DNA from: Nageia nagi
Taxonomy: Eukaryota; Plantae; Pinophyta
Assembly (NCBI GenBank): GCA_050084985.1
Contig: JBITNC010000001.1
Location: 138,694,001 to 138,758,000, forward strand
Length of the DNA stretch: 64,000 bases
Direction: 5' to 3'
The notes under the pieces were generated by a model. The model worked only from the letters and a program-made list of their open reading frames with translations, searched no databases and was not told the DNA's origin. This document shows, piece after piece, positions 1 through 13,319 of the stretch; the stretch's first letter is position 1; each line of letters starts with the position of its first letter. The translations under genes and the position numbers were made by a program.

Positions 1-272
1 TAAAAATAGATGTACCAAATTTCATTACATTGTTCATCATGAAGTTTTAGAAGCAACATATGCTTATAAAAAAAAAAACTTAAAATATTATATGTTGAGA
101 AATAAGCTAATAAAATTTACTCTTGAGTCTAAAATTGTACCAAAGGACATAATGAGATTCTTGCCTTACAAGAGCTTTGCAATTATGAGATTATTGCCTT
201 CATATATTGTTATCTTAAACAAACAACTTTTCATTTTCATGAAAATATTTCCATATTCCATGACTAATATTC

Positions 273-1180
273 AGGGTAAGTGCAAGAAGATGAGTCCACT
301 TTGGGAAGAAGTTTTATGAGGTTTTTGTATTTGTTTAATAAATTTTTATTTTTTTTGGAATTATAAAAAAAATATATTCACAAGTTAAATAAAAAATAAA
401 TTAAAAATGATAGGTTTTATTGAAATTATGCGTTACCAGATACAAGCAATTTTTGAAATGATAATCATGGCTAATTAAAAATTAATAAAAAAATAAAATA
501 TTCATTAAAAAAATATAAAAAATATCCTCCACAATATTAAGTGTCTTATTTATCTTTAACCAAAAGGATTTAAAAAGATATTTTAATTTAGGTCCAATTA
601 TGCTTGATGGACATGATGGGTATGGTTTTGAATTTATATTTTTTAAACAATTAGTTTTGTATTTGTTTAAAATATTTTATCTTTTTGGAATTGTGAAAAA
701 AATAATATATGTGTACAATTTGCATACAATTAATCACATGATAAAAAAAACAAATTAAAAATGATAAGTTTAGGTCAAATTATGCTTGGTGGACATGAGT
801 AATTTTCAAAATGGTTATCATAGTCATTAAAAAATTAATAAAAAATAAAATATTCATGGAAAAATTACAAAAAAATCATCCACAATATTTAGTATCTTAG
901 GTATATTTTCTCAAAAGGATTTTAAATATATTTTAATTTAAGTCCATTATGCTTGCTGAAATAATGGGAGTATGGTACTGAAATTGTATTTTTTAAATAT
1001 TGGCTTTTAAATAGGCCTAAAATATTAATTTAGAAATAAATTTTTACATAAGTGACCTTTTTCAAGAATCAAACTCTAAATGGTTCAAATTTTGAGATCA
1101 ATTTTGAGAAAACCTAAAAATTAGAGAAAATACTTCCACTTTTTTGCCAAAAGTGGGACTCATCTTCTTGCACTTACCCT
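273..1180. mobile_element. Non-autonomous TIR DNA transposon (~908 bp, MITE-like, possibly PIF/Harbinger)
   Basis: 25-bp perfect TIR: AGGGTAAGTGCAAGAAGATGAGTCC at 273, reverse complement ending at 1180. Empty site in the paralogous segment at ~61122-61140 (aatattgaggctctcatc). Probable degenerate 3-bp TSD (tca/tta). Internal ~340-bp tandem duplication (~320-655 vs ~655-1010). Confidence 0.85.
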
Positions 1181-3273
1181 TTAGGTTCTCATCAATTTAT
1201 GACTCTCTCCTTGAGAGATGAAAGGAGGAAAACATCCATTTGGCATGATGAATATGAAATTTTTTATTAAGCAATGATTGTCTCTTATTTTTAGATGGTA
1301 TTATATATGTTTTATTTCATGAACTTATAATCATATCATTTTATTTGATATAGTAAGGTTTACATTTACTTACATAATTTGGTACTACTATTTAATTTGT
1401 ATAAAGACTTGGTTTTTATTATTATTTTCATTCTAACTTTATGTTTAATACTAAGAATTACCAAAAATATTGGTTGAAAATTATTTGTAGTTTACTTTAA
1501 CTCTTTATAAGTTCCAAATTCAATTTGTAGGAAAGAAGAGATCTAGTTCGCTGACATCCCTCTTCCCTTGTAGAAAGGAGGATCAAGATTATCATCTAAA
1601 AGAATTTTTGTTTACAACATTATTAAGTGATGTTTAATTTTGATTGGATAGAAATTTTTATATTATAATACCAATTGTATAAAATATATCAATTATGTTT
1701 AAAACCAAACCCTTCATCTATTGATTTTATTCAATTTTGATAAACAAATATAACTTTGATATTGAACTCAGTACTTCTATTTTTGTATAAGATATATATT
1801 CTTATTAAATTATTATTATCTAAATGTATATTGTATGATTATATGCATCATATTATATTTGTCAAAATACTCCAAACATAGGTAGATTGTATTCATAGTA
1901 GATAAAAATGTACGATATATAATGACATAATATAGTTAATTAAACTTTAAGGAAGATGATATACATGAAAAATTTTGATGTGGTATTTTTTAAGCTGCTT
2001 TCATTACACATTTAACTTTGTACATAATATTTTACTATTTTTTAAAATACATACAATTTGTTATTAAATACAAATCTTAATAATATTACCTAAAATATAT
2101 TAACATATATTATAATAATATCTTAATAGATATTATTATAATATCTTAGCACATTATTATAATATCTTAAAAAAGGTTTTAGAATTTTTTTTTTATCAAC
2201 GTGAGGTAAATATGTGATGAAATAGTTATTATACATAATAAATGTATTCAATACCTCAAAATAAAAAAGATATAAAATATATATTGATGGATGAATGTAG
2301 TCGATTATATTTTTCTTTAGAATGTTGGATGAAATGTTTTGGAGGTAACAAAATTAATAAATTTTGAAGAAAAGTTACAACATATAAAAATATGCATTGA
2401 TTGATGAGATGAGTTTTATTAAAATAGATAGATTCACACCTTCATCAAGTTTTTTTGCAATATTCTAACATCTATTTTAGAGGAAATTCAATCATTTTGG
2501 TGAGCCATTTAGGATAATTACCACCTAATATCCATAGATGACCATATGTAAGTTACAAGTATGCAAAATTATTATTGTAAGAATTTTTAATTATTATAAT
2601 ATTGTATAAGGTATTTGATAGGAAGGATAAAGTGAAGATAAAAAATGATTTTGTCAACTACTTACAAATATTATGGAATCAAATCCAACTATTAAAAATT
2701 TAAATTGATAGAGGACTTAATCTCATTGTATGCTAGATCTAATCAACACTCACCCTAAATACTAATTGTTTGATAGGTCTTCAATTATTATCATTGTTAT
2801 TCCAAGTGAAAAAAATATCATTAGCATTCATAAAAAATATAAAATATCGCTTCCTTCCAACTTGAAATTATCAGCTAGGTAATAAGATATCAATCAAAGG
2901 ATAATCATACTTACCTTTTTTTGGCTTCAATAAACTCATAGTATACAATATGCTTGAGCTCACTCACTACTGGGAAAGTTATACCAGAATGTACCAAACC
3001 ACAAAAGTAACTGCTTTACTTATCTTTAGACTTGTTTTTAAGAGAGAAGTTCATGATTCTTTGAGGTTGAGAGATATGTTGTTCTAACTAGATATTCAAA
3101 GGACGGAGGAAAGTAAAAATAAATTCTTGAGTTCAAAACTTAGGTTTCTTTCAAGAAGCTTTACTCCTTCAGTAATTGCCAAAATGGCAATCAAATTAAA
3201 GTCGTAATTCACATATGCAATGTGAGTTTGTCCTTCTGGTGTGCAAGGGACAAAAAATCACTAATGTTGTAAC

Positions 3274-4175
3274 TTATGGAATATGTTCTCCTTTGTTGAC
3301 AATCTATAAAGAGTTCATGCCTTCCATCTGGTTCTTGCATTGCCATTCTGTGCAAGTTTAAACATGTATACACCAAGCTGTGATGTTGTCCATAAATGAA
3401 AGGAATCATTTACACCCAATGCAAGCAATACAACAACAACATTCTCCTTGTCACGAGATGAGCCTAAATGGATCAAATTAACAAGAATATAAATAGCAGA
3501 TTAATTTTTAATGGTAATACTACCTTCCTGATGATTAGTGAGTATTACAAGAATAGTAAGAACTTCATCCACAATTCCAATGGTTTGCTCGACAATATTT
3601 CCATAAAAGTAGGAACAATTCTAGCCGGAATAGCCCAAGCTTTGTTTCATGGGTAAATTAATAAATTGAAGAGAGGAGTAGTAGAACCCTTCTTCCCCTT
3701 GGAGTTTCATCTCAAAGTAGATCAACTAAAGGAGGGATGGCTCCTGAAGCTCCAATACTAATTTTGTTCTCATCCACAACAGACAGGCTAGGAAGACTGG
3801 TAGCAGCATTTTCTCTTGCCTCTACGCTACTATCAATAGATAAATTTAGAAGATCTATCACTTCATGCTGTTGGGTTGCAACACAACTTGATGATAACAA
3901 TTTCAGTAACTGTGGAATAGCTCCAGCCTTGGCAATTAAAAGCCTCTTATCTGAATTTCTCTTTGCAAGTAGCTAAATTTCTTATGCAGCAGTTCTTCAC
4001 ACATCTGCTTTTCAAAATAAAAATTTTTAAACTAAAATATCTTTTCCTTATAGATATTTGAATGGAATATGAGATGTTATTGGACGTACAGAGTTAGGTG
4101 AGGCAAGACTTACTTGGTTTTGACGCATGTTTTATGGCTTGTATCAGACTATTTCTGAATGTTTGATCGATTATA
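3274..4175 (-). pseudogene. Plant U-box/ARM E3 ligase pseudogene (PUB15-like), copy 1
   Basis: Minus strand gives a U-box C-half remnant (HKTCVKTK..LPHLT) and ARM motifs [63 protein letters not shown] and LGSSRDKENVVVVLLAL. Many stops and frameshifts. Two internal deletions relative to copy 2. Confidence 0.9.
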
Positions 4176-5070
4176 TGGTAAAGCATTATGATAAATTTCT
4201 TAATTCCTATTTGGGTAAGAAATTATCCTTTTTGTATAATATGCTCTTGATGGTCAAACTGAAATTTAGTCATTATCGGATGTAAGAATGACTATTCTTA
4301 GGATACTAACAAATTTTCCCAAGGTAACGAGCATTCTAATTGTTAGACTGGTCACTTCCCCTCTTAGATAATTGTAGAACATGCTGCCTTTCGGGTATTT
4401 ATATCTTTATGCTGACTTCATAACGATAATGGAAATGGTAGAAGTCATTGAGGTTTGAATAATGGACTAGGTTGCATACCTTGTCCCCACCTTCGTAGTC
4501 GCAAATTCTGCAATTATTATAGGATAAAAATAGTAAACTAGTTCCCCCTAAACAGATAAATACTCTAAGTCACAAGTTACACGTTTGATATCTAATAAAA
4601 ATATAGAATATCAAGAATATGAATTCTTGTTTAAGAAGCTAAATACTTTATGTCATAGGTCACACATTTATTGTTATATAAATATAGTAAATGTAAAGAA
4701 GGAGACTTACTTTTTTATAAGCTAAGTACACTAAATGGTAAATGAAACATTTTCAAGCTTTATGAAAAGAAAAATGTATCTATTTTATTTCGTCGTTACA
4801 AACATCCTTTACAAATACCTTTTATATCTTTAAAACAAAGAGATCAATAATATAATAAATAAAATTATATAAAATAAATACATCAAACCATTAGAAATTT
4901 CAAAGAAAAAAAAAATCAAACCGTTAGAAACTTGAAAATAAAAACAACAAATTTAAATAAATTTGAATGAATGGTGATTTCTTCAATTAATTTTATGTAC
5001 ATGAAGGGTCAAATTGTAAAAAAAACAGTCAATTTGGGCATCCTTCTGTATTGAATGGAATGAGCTTATC

Positions 5071-5659
5071 TCAAGAAAAAGAAAGACTGTTCAAGAGTGT
5101 AACTCTAGCAGAAATAAAAGCTTTGAAGAGATGGCCTATTTTGTGATCCAAAAGGGCTAGAGCTCTGTCCAAGTCCTGGAGTGCCGTGTTGATTTCAGAG
5201 AGTTCAAGAGTCATGTGAAGCTTGGAGTTGGAGTTGAGTCGATTGTTGAGGTTATCAAGTGCAACATCTGCCCTCTCTAACTCAACCAACAACCACTTCT
5301 TGGACTTCCATCTTCTCATTTCAACGTTCTTCTTTAGCTTAGTTTGTAGATTGCTAAGAGGAAGTGATACAGATAGAGACGGCATCTTAAGAGGGCTGAC
5401 GGAAAATGAAGCCACTAGTGCAGAACACACCAAGACGGCAATTGCCTTAGCATGGTTCACGCATTGAAAGCTTCTTCACCTGATCGTGCTTGCGCTCTTG
5501 CCTGGAGGCTTACGCTATCAGCCCTTATTCTTTAGGCCTGACAAACTGGCAAGTGAACTGCCGATCTTTGAAGGGCATTGATTCCAATGGCTACCTGCGC
5601 AGACATGTGCTGCTTCCTCGTTTCAGCTATGCTATCTCTCAAACAATTGCAGATGTCTA
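5071..5659 (-). pseudogene. BPS1/ROH1 (DUF793)-family pseudogene, copy 1, 5'-truncated
   Basis: C-terminal ORF ends LQDLDRALALLDHKIGHLFKAFISARVTLLNSL, resembling the DUF793 C-terminus. Has a 1-bp deletion near 5461 and a 47-bp deletion near 5521. Fused to LTR sequence at ~5659. Confidence 0.8.
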
Positions 5660-7555
5660 ACGCTTACTGCTATTTGTTATGCCAGTGACATTGCACCTAG
5701 TGCTCACAACACAAACGTGTCTATTCTAACATAGATGCTACCAAAAGAGCGTACAAGTTGGGTTTAGTATTTTTATCAGGCATATTTTATTTATCCTCGT
5801 AATATTTTCATGATTTTAACTTCATCAAATGCTGGTAGTTCCAATTGTCATAGTAAATAAAGACTCCATACTCAATAATTTTCCACTTGAAGATTTCATT
5901 CACTGCTTCAGATTATAGCATAATTTCATCTTTTTCTTATGATGTTCGATGAACTCCTTCTAGTTCTTCTTGGATCAACCATATCCTAATGTAATCTTCT
6001 TCAAGTCTTTCCTTGCACCATTGTCCCTTTGCTTTCATCATGCATACAAAACACCATGCACTGCTCAACCTTATGGATTTCCAGCTCGCACTCATTCTTT
6101 GATTTCCTTGCATAAACACTCACCACCATCAGCATGCAACTTATATGAAACTATAGGGAACTTTAGACTTTACCTCCATATTAGAACATTCTTCGTGAAA
6201 ATTCTTCTATCCTAATGTTGAAGATCCTTTGCACCCTTAGTATCCATATCACTTCCTTTAAACCTCCTTCTATAGGATCTCTCTTGATCTCCCAAAAATA
6301 TCATTGCTCCCACTGCTTTATCAATCTTCTCACATCAGTAATGAAAATAACAACTCTCAATTTTTAATCCATAAATGGGACCAAGGAAGGGATGAGATAA
6401 GAAAAGTGATCAGGTTCTCTTGGTACTCATATAATTTCCTACAATTTGAATTAAAGCTCACATCGGTTTGCCCATATCTACTATAGCTCTCAGCTCCCAC
6501 ATAAACCAGAACCTACCCAATTTTTAGCTCTGATACCAATTATTATGATTTAGATATTCCATTACGTGAGAGCAAATAGAACAACAAAAATAAAATAAAT
6601 ATCCAGATAAAGATAACACAAAATTTGGGGAGGTTCACTCAACAACTCGTTGAACTACATCCCGGATGAAGAACCAACACTTGCATCATTGTGTTCTTCA
6701 ATAAATACAATGTAAAAAATAAAGGTGAAACTATGCAGCATTCCTTGTTATAGCACCCTCTCTATCTCCATAGAGTACATCATGCAATCAACATCTTCTC
6801 AAACATGGATTATCCTCACCCACAACTATGTAATTTCTACGAAAACTACAAAATAAAATTATTGTGCTACTGTACACAATGAACAATATGCAATATTATA
6901 TCAGGTGGGCTCCTCTAAATACCTTCCCACAATCACACTACAAAGTTACAAGATTATAGAAATTTATCATCTCATAAGCTTACAATAGAGAATTACGTTG
7001 AGAATATCTCTCTTTGAGATTCTCCCACCATTGTAGCCATTATATACCAATACGACATCACTCACCTTTCTTGTATTACAGCATCTCATATTACGTAGCA
7101 GATTATTTTATATAATACATTATGTATTACATGACAATAGTTGTTATATTGTTATAATAACAATATAACAAACTATATGTAAACCTGCTATCCTCGTCAT
7201 CATGAATTAGTATGATGTCTATCACACAAACCTCATCATCATTTATTTGGACACTCTCAAAATCTCTATCATCAGGAGAATCAATCTATTCATCAGAATC
7301 TGCCATACGTAACTTCTTCAATATTGCCTCTTGTCCAACACTTATTGTTATTTGATATGCCAATGACATTACGCTTGATGCTCACAACACAAACGCATCT
7401 AGTCTAACATGGATGCTTCCACGAGAGCCCTACAAATTAATTTACTATTTCTTTATTGCGTATTTTTTCCAACCTCATATTATTTTCCTTATTTTAACTT
7501 TATCAGATACTAGAAGTTCTACTTGTCTCAGTAAATTAGGGCTTCACACCCAACA
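5660..7555 (-). mobile_element. Non-autonomous Copia-type LTR element, unit-1 copy (3' LTR truncated)
   Basis: Perfect tRNA-Met PBS reverse complement GCTCTGATACCA at 6527-6538. 5' LTR at 6541-7555, followed by TSD aggtt. Collinear with 36420-38283. Confidence 0.8.
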
Positions 7556-8159
7556 AGGTTATCATCCAAAGGAATTGATGTTTTACAAAACTATGTAGAG
7601 GGATGTCCAATTTTAATTGGATGCAAGATTTTTATATTACAATACTAAGTTCATTGAAATATATTTGAAAGTTTTTATAATAAGAGATTTGTTATTGAAA
7701 AAATATTTTATATGAAATTACTTTTAGAGGGTAATTAATAATGTATATGTCATTGCATGAAATAGTTCATCTTTGTTAAAAAATATTCAATTTTTATAAA
7801 CAAACATAGATAAGATTAAACTCAATACTTCATTTTTTTATTAGATATATATTTGTAATAAGTGATAATCATCTAAATATATACTACATGATTATGTATA
7901 TCAAGTTATAATATATTTCTTAAAATACTTTAAATACAACAATATAAAGGTAAATTGTATTCATATTATATAAACATGTACCCTATGTTATGAAATATTA
8001 TATTCAATTAAACTTTAAAGAGTAAGTTATTTTGTTTACATATTTGGACTATCATGCGTTAAAGCATGAAGAGTAAGATAGTATTGTATTATATTTAATT
8101 TTGAGTTATTTTCATTTAAAGGTACATAACATTGCAAGAAAAGTAGGAAAAAATATTAA

Positions 8160-8400
8160 TTGATAGATAGGGTGTTTGAGAGGTGGGTAGTTCAAATCTC
8201 TCAAGTACGGGAGGTTCAAGTTCAAAACTCTTTGCTCTAAAAGTTGAAACTTACCAAAAAATTTATCAAGTTGATGGAAGGTATGCATGAGATAGGGATA
8301 ATACCTCAGTGGATTTTGATGGTGTAGATGTACCTCATTTGTGGCTCTAAGCTTAAGAGTTCATGGTGCTGTATATCAGGGTACAAAATTCAACAATAAA
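8160..8400 (+). mobile_element. Possible tRNA-derived SINE relic
   Basis: GC-richer ~240-bp island with a B-box-like ggttcaagttcaaaactc and an A-rich tail. Flanked by an imperfect direct repeat (aa[g/c]taggaaaaa at ~8141 and ~8404). Confidence 0.35.
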
Positions 8401-8756
8401 AAGAACTAGGAAAAATCAATCTAAGAGGAAGTAAAAATAAATAACTTTAAGTTGGGTTATTAATTGCAACAATTCATAAGCCCAAGGCTTAACATTAAAT
8501 AAAACACATAATTAAAAAATATGATATATATTTAAACCAAAGATATGAATCAATATGATACTAAAGAATTATACAAAATAAACACATAGTACCATAATAA
8601 ATAAAAAAATAAAAATAATTAGATAAATATTTATATGTAATATCACATAAATACCATGAATGCTGATTTCCTCAATCAATTTAATGTACATGAAGATTCA
8701 AATTGAAAAAAATGGGCACTTTGGACATCCTTGTGTATTTAATAGAATGAAGTATC

Positions 8757-9569
8757 TCAATAAGAAAAAACATTATTTAAGAGTTCAACTGTAACAAAAA
8801 TAAAAAATTTCATACATATGGCCTATTTTATGATCCTAAAGGGCTAGAGCTCTATCCAAGTCTTGGAATATCATGGTAATTTTAAAATTTCAAAAGGTTT
8901 TTGCAGCTTGGATTTGGAGTCTCATCGATTGTTGCTATTTTTATGTGCAATATTTACCCTCTCTTAGTCAACCAACAATCATCAACAACCTCCTACAGTT
9001 TCATCTTCTCATTTCAACATCCTAGCTTAGCTTGGTTTGTATACTTCTTAGAGAAAATGATATATATAGAGATGGAATATAAATAGGTTAGGTTTAAAAT
9101 TGTTATGAACCGTTACACCAAAAGGTCAACCTGTTAGTGAATTTGCACACCCAAGATCTTAACATTCCACCACACTTCGCATCCAATGTCCTCAACGGCT
9201 CTCACTTGTGGTAGCTCTCACTCTAGTCTTCTCTAGGTAGCCCTTTCCATAGTAGCCCTTTTCGGGGATTCAAACATAGGACGTATGGCTTGCTCTAATA
9301 CCAAATGTTATGAACCATTACACCAAAAGGTTGACTTGTTAGTGAATCCGCACACCCAAGATCTTAACAAAAATGAAGCCACTACTACACAACATACCAA
9401 GATGTTATTTATCTTAGCATGGTTGATGGTCATGAAATCTACTTCATCTGATCATGCTTTTTTTTTCCTATAGAAGTACACTAGCTATCAACCATTCACT
9501 AAGTGTAGATGTGCATTTCTTAGGATTAGATTAGATGCCCTTATTGTTTAGTCTTGATAAATTTGAAAG
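8757..9569 (-). pseudogene. BPS1/ROH1-family pseudogene, ancient degraded copy interrupted by a TRIM
   Basis: Alignable to 5071-5560 (atggcctatttt.tgatcc.aaagggctagagctct.tccaagtc; aaaatgaagccacta; ttagcatggtt). Many C>T and G>A changes. Same 3' flank at 8650-8756. Confidence 0.8.
9101..9369 (-). mobile_element. TRIM (269 bp; 64-bp LTRs)
   Basis: Direct repeats 9101-9164 and 9306-9369 (TGTTA...TAACA). 5-bp TSD AAAAT at 9096-9100 and 9370-9374. Met-PBS reverse complement gctctaatacca at 9292-9303. Purine-rich tract on the minus strand next to 9165. Empty site present in the younger gene copies. Confidence 0.92.
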
Positions 9570-11830
9570 TGTTAAAAATAGAAAATCTACTTTATGATAT
9601 TATTTTAGAACGTATCATTCTCAAGTACATCACTTTGGTTAAATTTAGGTTCCTCAACTATTATAACATTTTTGGTAGATATATCTAGTGTTTTTCTTTG
9701 ACTGTATCAAAATGCATGTGTTTTCTCATCTATCTAATGCAGTTGAATAAGAATTTGATTTAGGCTTCCTACATTTCTATTTCATATTAAATTTATGTCA
9801 TTTTCACTACTTTATTTTTTTATTTTCTCTATCCTCAATTTGGTAAGTCTTATTTATTTCTTATTCCATTTCTATCAATTTGTATTATAGTTGGACATTA
9901 TTTCAAATGGTAATGAATTCTAACAATACATAAGTTGAAATTCCAAAATTCAATGGGAAAATTTTATTTAGATCATAAGAACTATGGGACCTTGTCAAGA
10001 ATGGATACTAATAACCAATTGATGTAGTAGTATTAGCCACACTAACATAAAATCAAACAAACATATTGTAGAAAAATAAAAAAATATTATAAAAGATTGC
10101 TATTCATAATGTAAGGTCTGGATTTAAATCTCCTCCTAAGAGTTATAACTGCTTTGAAGGAAAAATAACGATGGGAGATCCTTGTGCAATCATTTCAAGA
10201 TTAAAATAGAGTAAGGACAATCCACCTACAATTTCTTAGAAAAGATTTTGATTTTTTACAAATGCAAGATTCAAAGAGTTTAGGGGATTTATTTATTTTT
10301 TACAATGGGGTTAATTTATCAATGGAAATATAATGGTAAATTTCTGAGTAATCATATAATTATAGAAAATATTTTAATATGTTTTCCCTCAAAATATGAT
10401 CTTACAATTATAGCCATTTAAGAATCAAAAGATCTAACAATGTTGTATGTAGACTAACTTATGAGATCTTTGGACACACATGAACATAAAATGAATAGAT
10501 CCATAAAGGAACCACTAGAGAAATATTTCAAAGGAACCACTAGAGAAATATTAGAAGGATCATCTCCACAAAGAGGAAGGGGTAGAGGTACAATAGGAAG
10601 AGGAGGTCGATTCCCAAAAAGAGGCAAAGGTTGAACAAGTAATAAAGAAACCTAAAACTATACTTAAGTATGAGGAAGAGAAAGAAGAAACTTCAAGCAA
10701 AGAGGGAGAGGCTCTCAAAAGTATGATAATTCATTTTTTCAATGCTATTATTATCACAAATATAGAAATATTGAATGTAGAAAAAAGATAGATTATGAAA
10801 GTAGAGAGTAAGCTCAATATACAAATGAAGGTGAAGGGATAGATTACTATGTGTTAACATATAGTGTTTAAGAGGAAGTAAATGAATATAAATTGTATGT
10901 TAATAGAGGGTGCAATAATCATATGACAAGAGGAAAAGAGATGTTCTAATATTTGGATGACTCCATCTAATCAAAAGTGAAAATGAGTAATAATACAATT
11001 GTACCAATCTTAGGGAAAAGGGGATAGTACTCAAAATAAACTAAGGTAAGAAAAACTTTATTTGTGATGTATTTCATGTACTAGGTTTGAAGCATAAATT
11101 ACAAGTATAGGTCAACTTATATCAAATGACCACACTATATTATTTTAGAATTTTACATGCTTTATTATTAATAGTAAGAATAAGCTAATACCCAAAATTC
11201 CTATGACTACAAATAAGATATTTAATCTTATCATTGATAAGAGTTTGCATTTAAGTTTCAATACCATAGTAGAAGATTTAAAATGAATATGGAATCTTAG
11301 ATTTGGTAATTTAAATCTTGGTGGACTAAATATTGTATTTAAGAGGAACTTGGTAATAGGTTTAGTGCTCATACAAAGGCTAGATGCAGAATGTGAGGGA
11401 TGCATGATAGGAAAATACCATAGAGAATAATTTCTAATAGGTAGGTCCTAGAGAGCTATTAGAGGTAGTACACTCACATCTATTTAGACCACTTGAAGTT
11501 ACTTCATTATTAAGTATGATATAGTTCTTAACATTTTTTGATGATTATAGTAGGAAGCTCTAGGTGTATCCATTGAAAAAAAAATCTAAAACTTTCAAAA
11601 ATTTTAAATAATTAGTTGAGAAGTAAAATAGTTATTTTCTCCAAATTTTAAGAACTAATTGAGGTGGAGAGTACATATCATACAAATTTTAGAATTTTTG
11701 TATTAGGAATGACATAAAAAGGTAGCTAACAACTAAGGACACTCCTTAATAAAATGGTTTAGTTGAGAGGAAGAGTAGAAAAATGGTAGATATGGTAAGG
11801 GGATGTTTAAGGCTAATAATTTACCTAATA
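9570..11830 (+). mobile_element. Degenerate Ty1/Copia element: probable 5' LTR, gag, protease, integrase
   Basis: Frame-broken motifs: IPKFNGK, ELWDLVKNGY, LQFLRKDFDFLQMQ, ESKDL, an RGRG tract, a decayed zinc knuckle, YVNRGCNNHMT (protease), WNLRFGNLN, CEGCMIGK, LRTN*GGEY and NGLVERK (integrase). LTR boundary (~9570-9838) is tentative. Confidence 0.88.
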
Positions 11831-13319
11831 ATCCATTGAGGTTTTCTCATCATATCCCTTACAAGCACAAATGAAGTAATCTAGACCCCCTTAACATAAA
11901 ATCTTCCATACTTTCAGGTTTCTCTTTGCATCCTATGGTGAAGCTAATTTAGTTCTTTTTAAGTCTCCTCCTATTCTTGTTTTCTATCTAGCCTTGATTT
12001 TCTCCTAATAGCTCTGCATCACTATGTTCCTTCCCTACTCTTATTTTGAATACAAACTTATGCCTTGACTTCCTTCTACATGTAATGCCTTAACATGAAA
12101 TAGATGATCTAACTATTATTATTGCAAATGTAACTTCTACGGGTTCAACATACCTCCTTTTGCCATGTGTCCCAAGTGAGCAAGTTAAGAATAACTCCTA
12201 ATTTGACTCTCATGTCCTTCATAAAAAATCATAGTTAGATCATGTGCATTTAAATCATATTATAAAATATATTTTGAAATTATTCAAGAATTTTAAATAT
12301 ATGTACTTATTTAGGACATTCAAGAATTAATAAGAAGTATGATAGGTTAGGAGTGTTAAATACATATAACTAATTGGTATGCATCTTGCATACATCTACA
12401 TAATACATTGCTAAAGGAAAATGACTACCATATTTATACCAATAATACAAAGACTCTTTATTTAAAAAAATGTATTTAAGAATATTCATATAGAATAATA
12501 TTTGTTGTATCCCATTAACATATTCATAACAATGTGAATCCTTACAAGTTAGAACATAATGCAATTTTCTTATGGTTTTTTTGGTTATTTGTATTCTTTC
12601 TTCTTGATTATTGAAACTTGATTATTTTAATATAATGATAAATATAACATTGTATTAATAAAAACTAAATTCACATGCTTGACTAGTAAAATCATAAAAA
12701 TTTAATATTAATACTTATTGCATATAATAAATGGAACAAGTTATATACTTAAGATATGAATCAATATGATAATTAAGAATAAAATTTAATAAATACATAA
12801 AAACATTGAAAACTTGAAAGAAAAATAATAAATTTGGATAATTGTTTGTATGTGGCATCACATAGGTGACATGAATGGTGATTTTTTCAATTAGTTTTAT
12901 GATTTGGATAATAGATTGATGTTTCTACAATGCCAAAATAGTTGAATTCTTAGTTAAAAAGATGAATCAAAATAAATATGAATATAATTCATTATGTAAT
13001 ATCATCAAACTTGTCAATTGACAAATGTTTGTAGGAAATATATGAAAAAAAAGCTCTCAGAATTTGAAAGTGACAAGATATTCAAAAAGTATTGGTAAAT
13101 CTTATTTATAAGAAAAAGAGGCCACATGGCATCCTACTATAGGCTAAATACTATGGTAGTTAAAGGAAAGACAAAAATTTTCATGAAAAGAGAAGAAAGG
13201 GATATCTCTAGATTGATGGAATAATTGACGAAATAAAATAAATGAGCCACCTAATCTTTATTTAAAGGGAAAAGGATGACACATAGAATCCCAATGTTGG
13301 CTGATCTTATAGTGATATA

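Larger units (their letters stand above)
1..4270 (+). repeat. Segmental duplicate of 60850-64000
   Basis: Collinear similarity: ORF 92..319 vs 60917..61129, ORF 3468..3656 vs 63041..63229, and 4200-4270 vs 63930-64000. The copies differ by several indels. Confidence 0.95.

Noticed and set aside
11830-12250. Possible retroelement coding fragment on the minus strand
   Set aside because: No convincing motif could be read.
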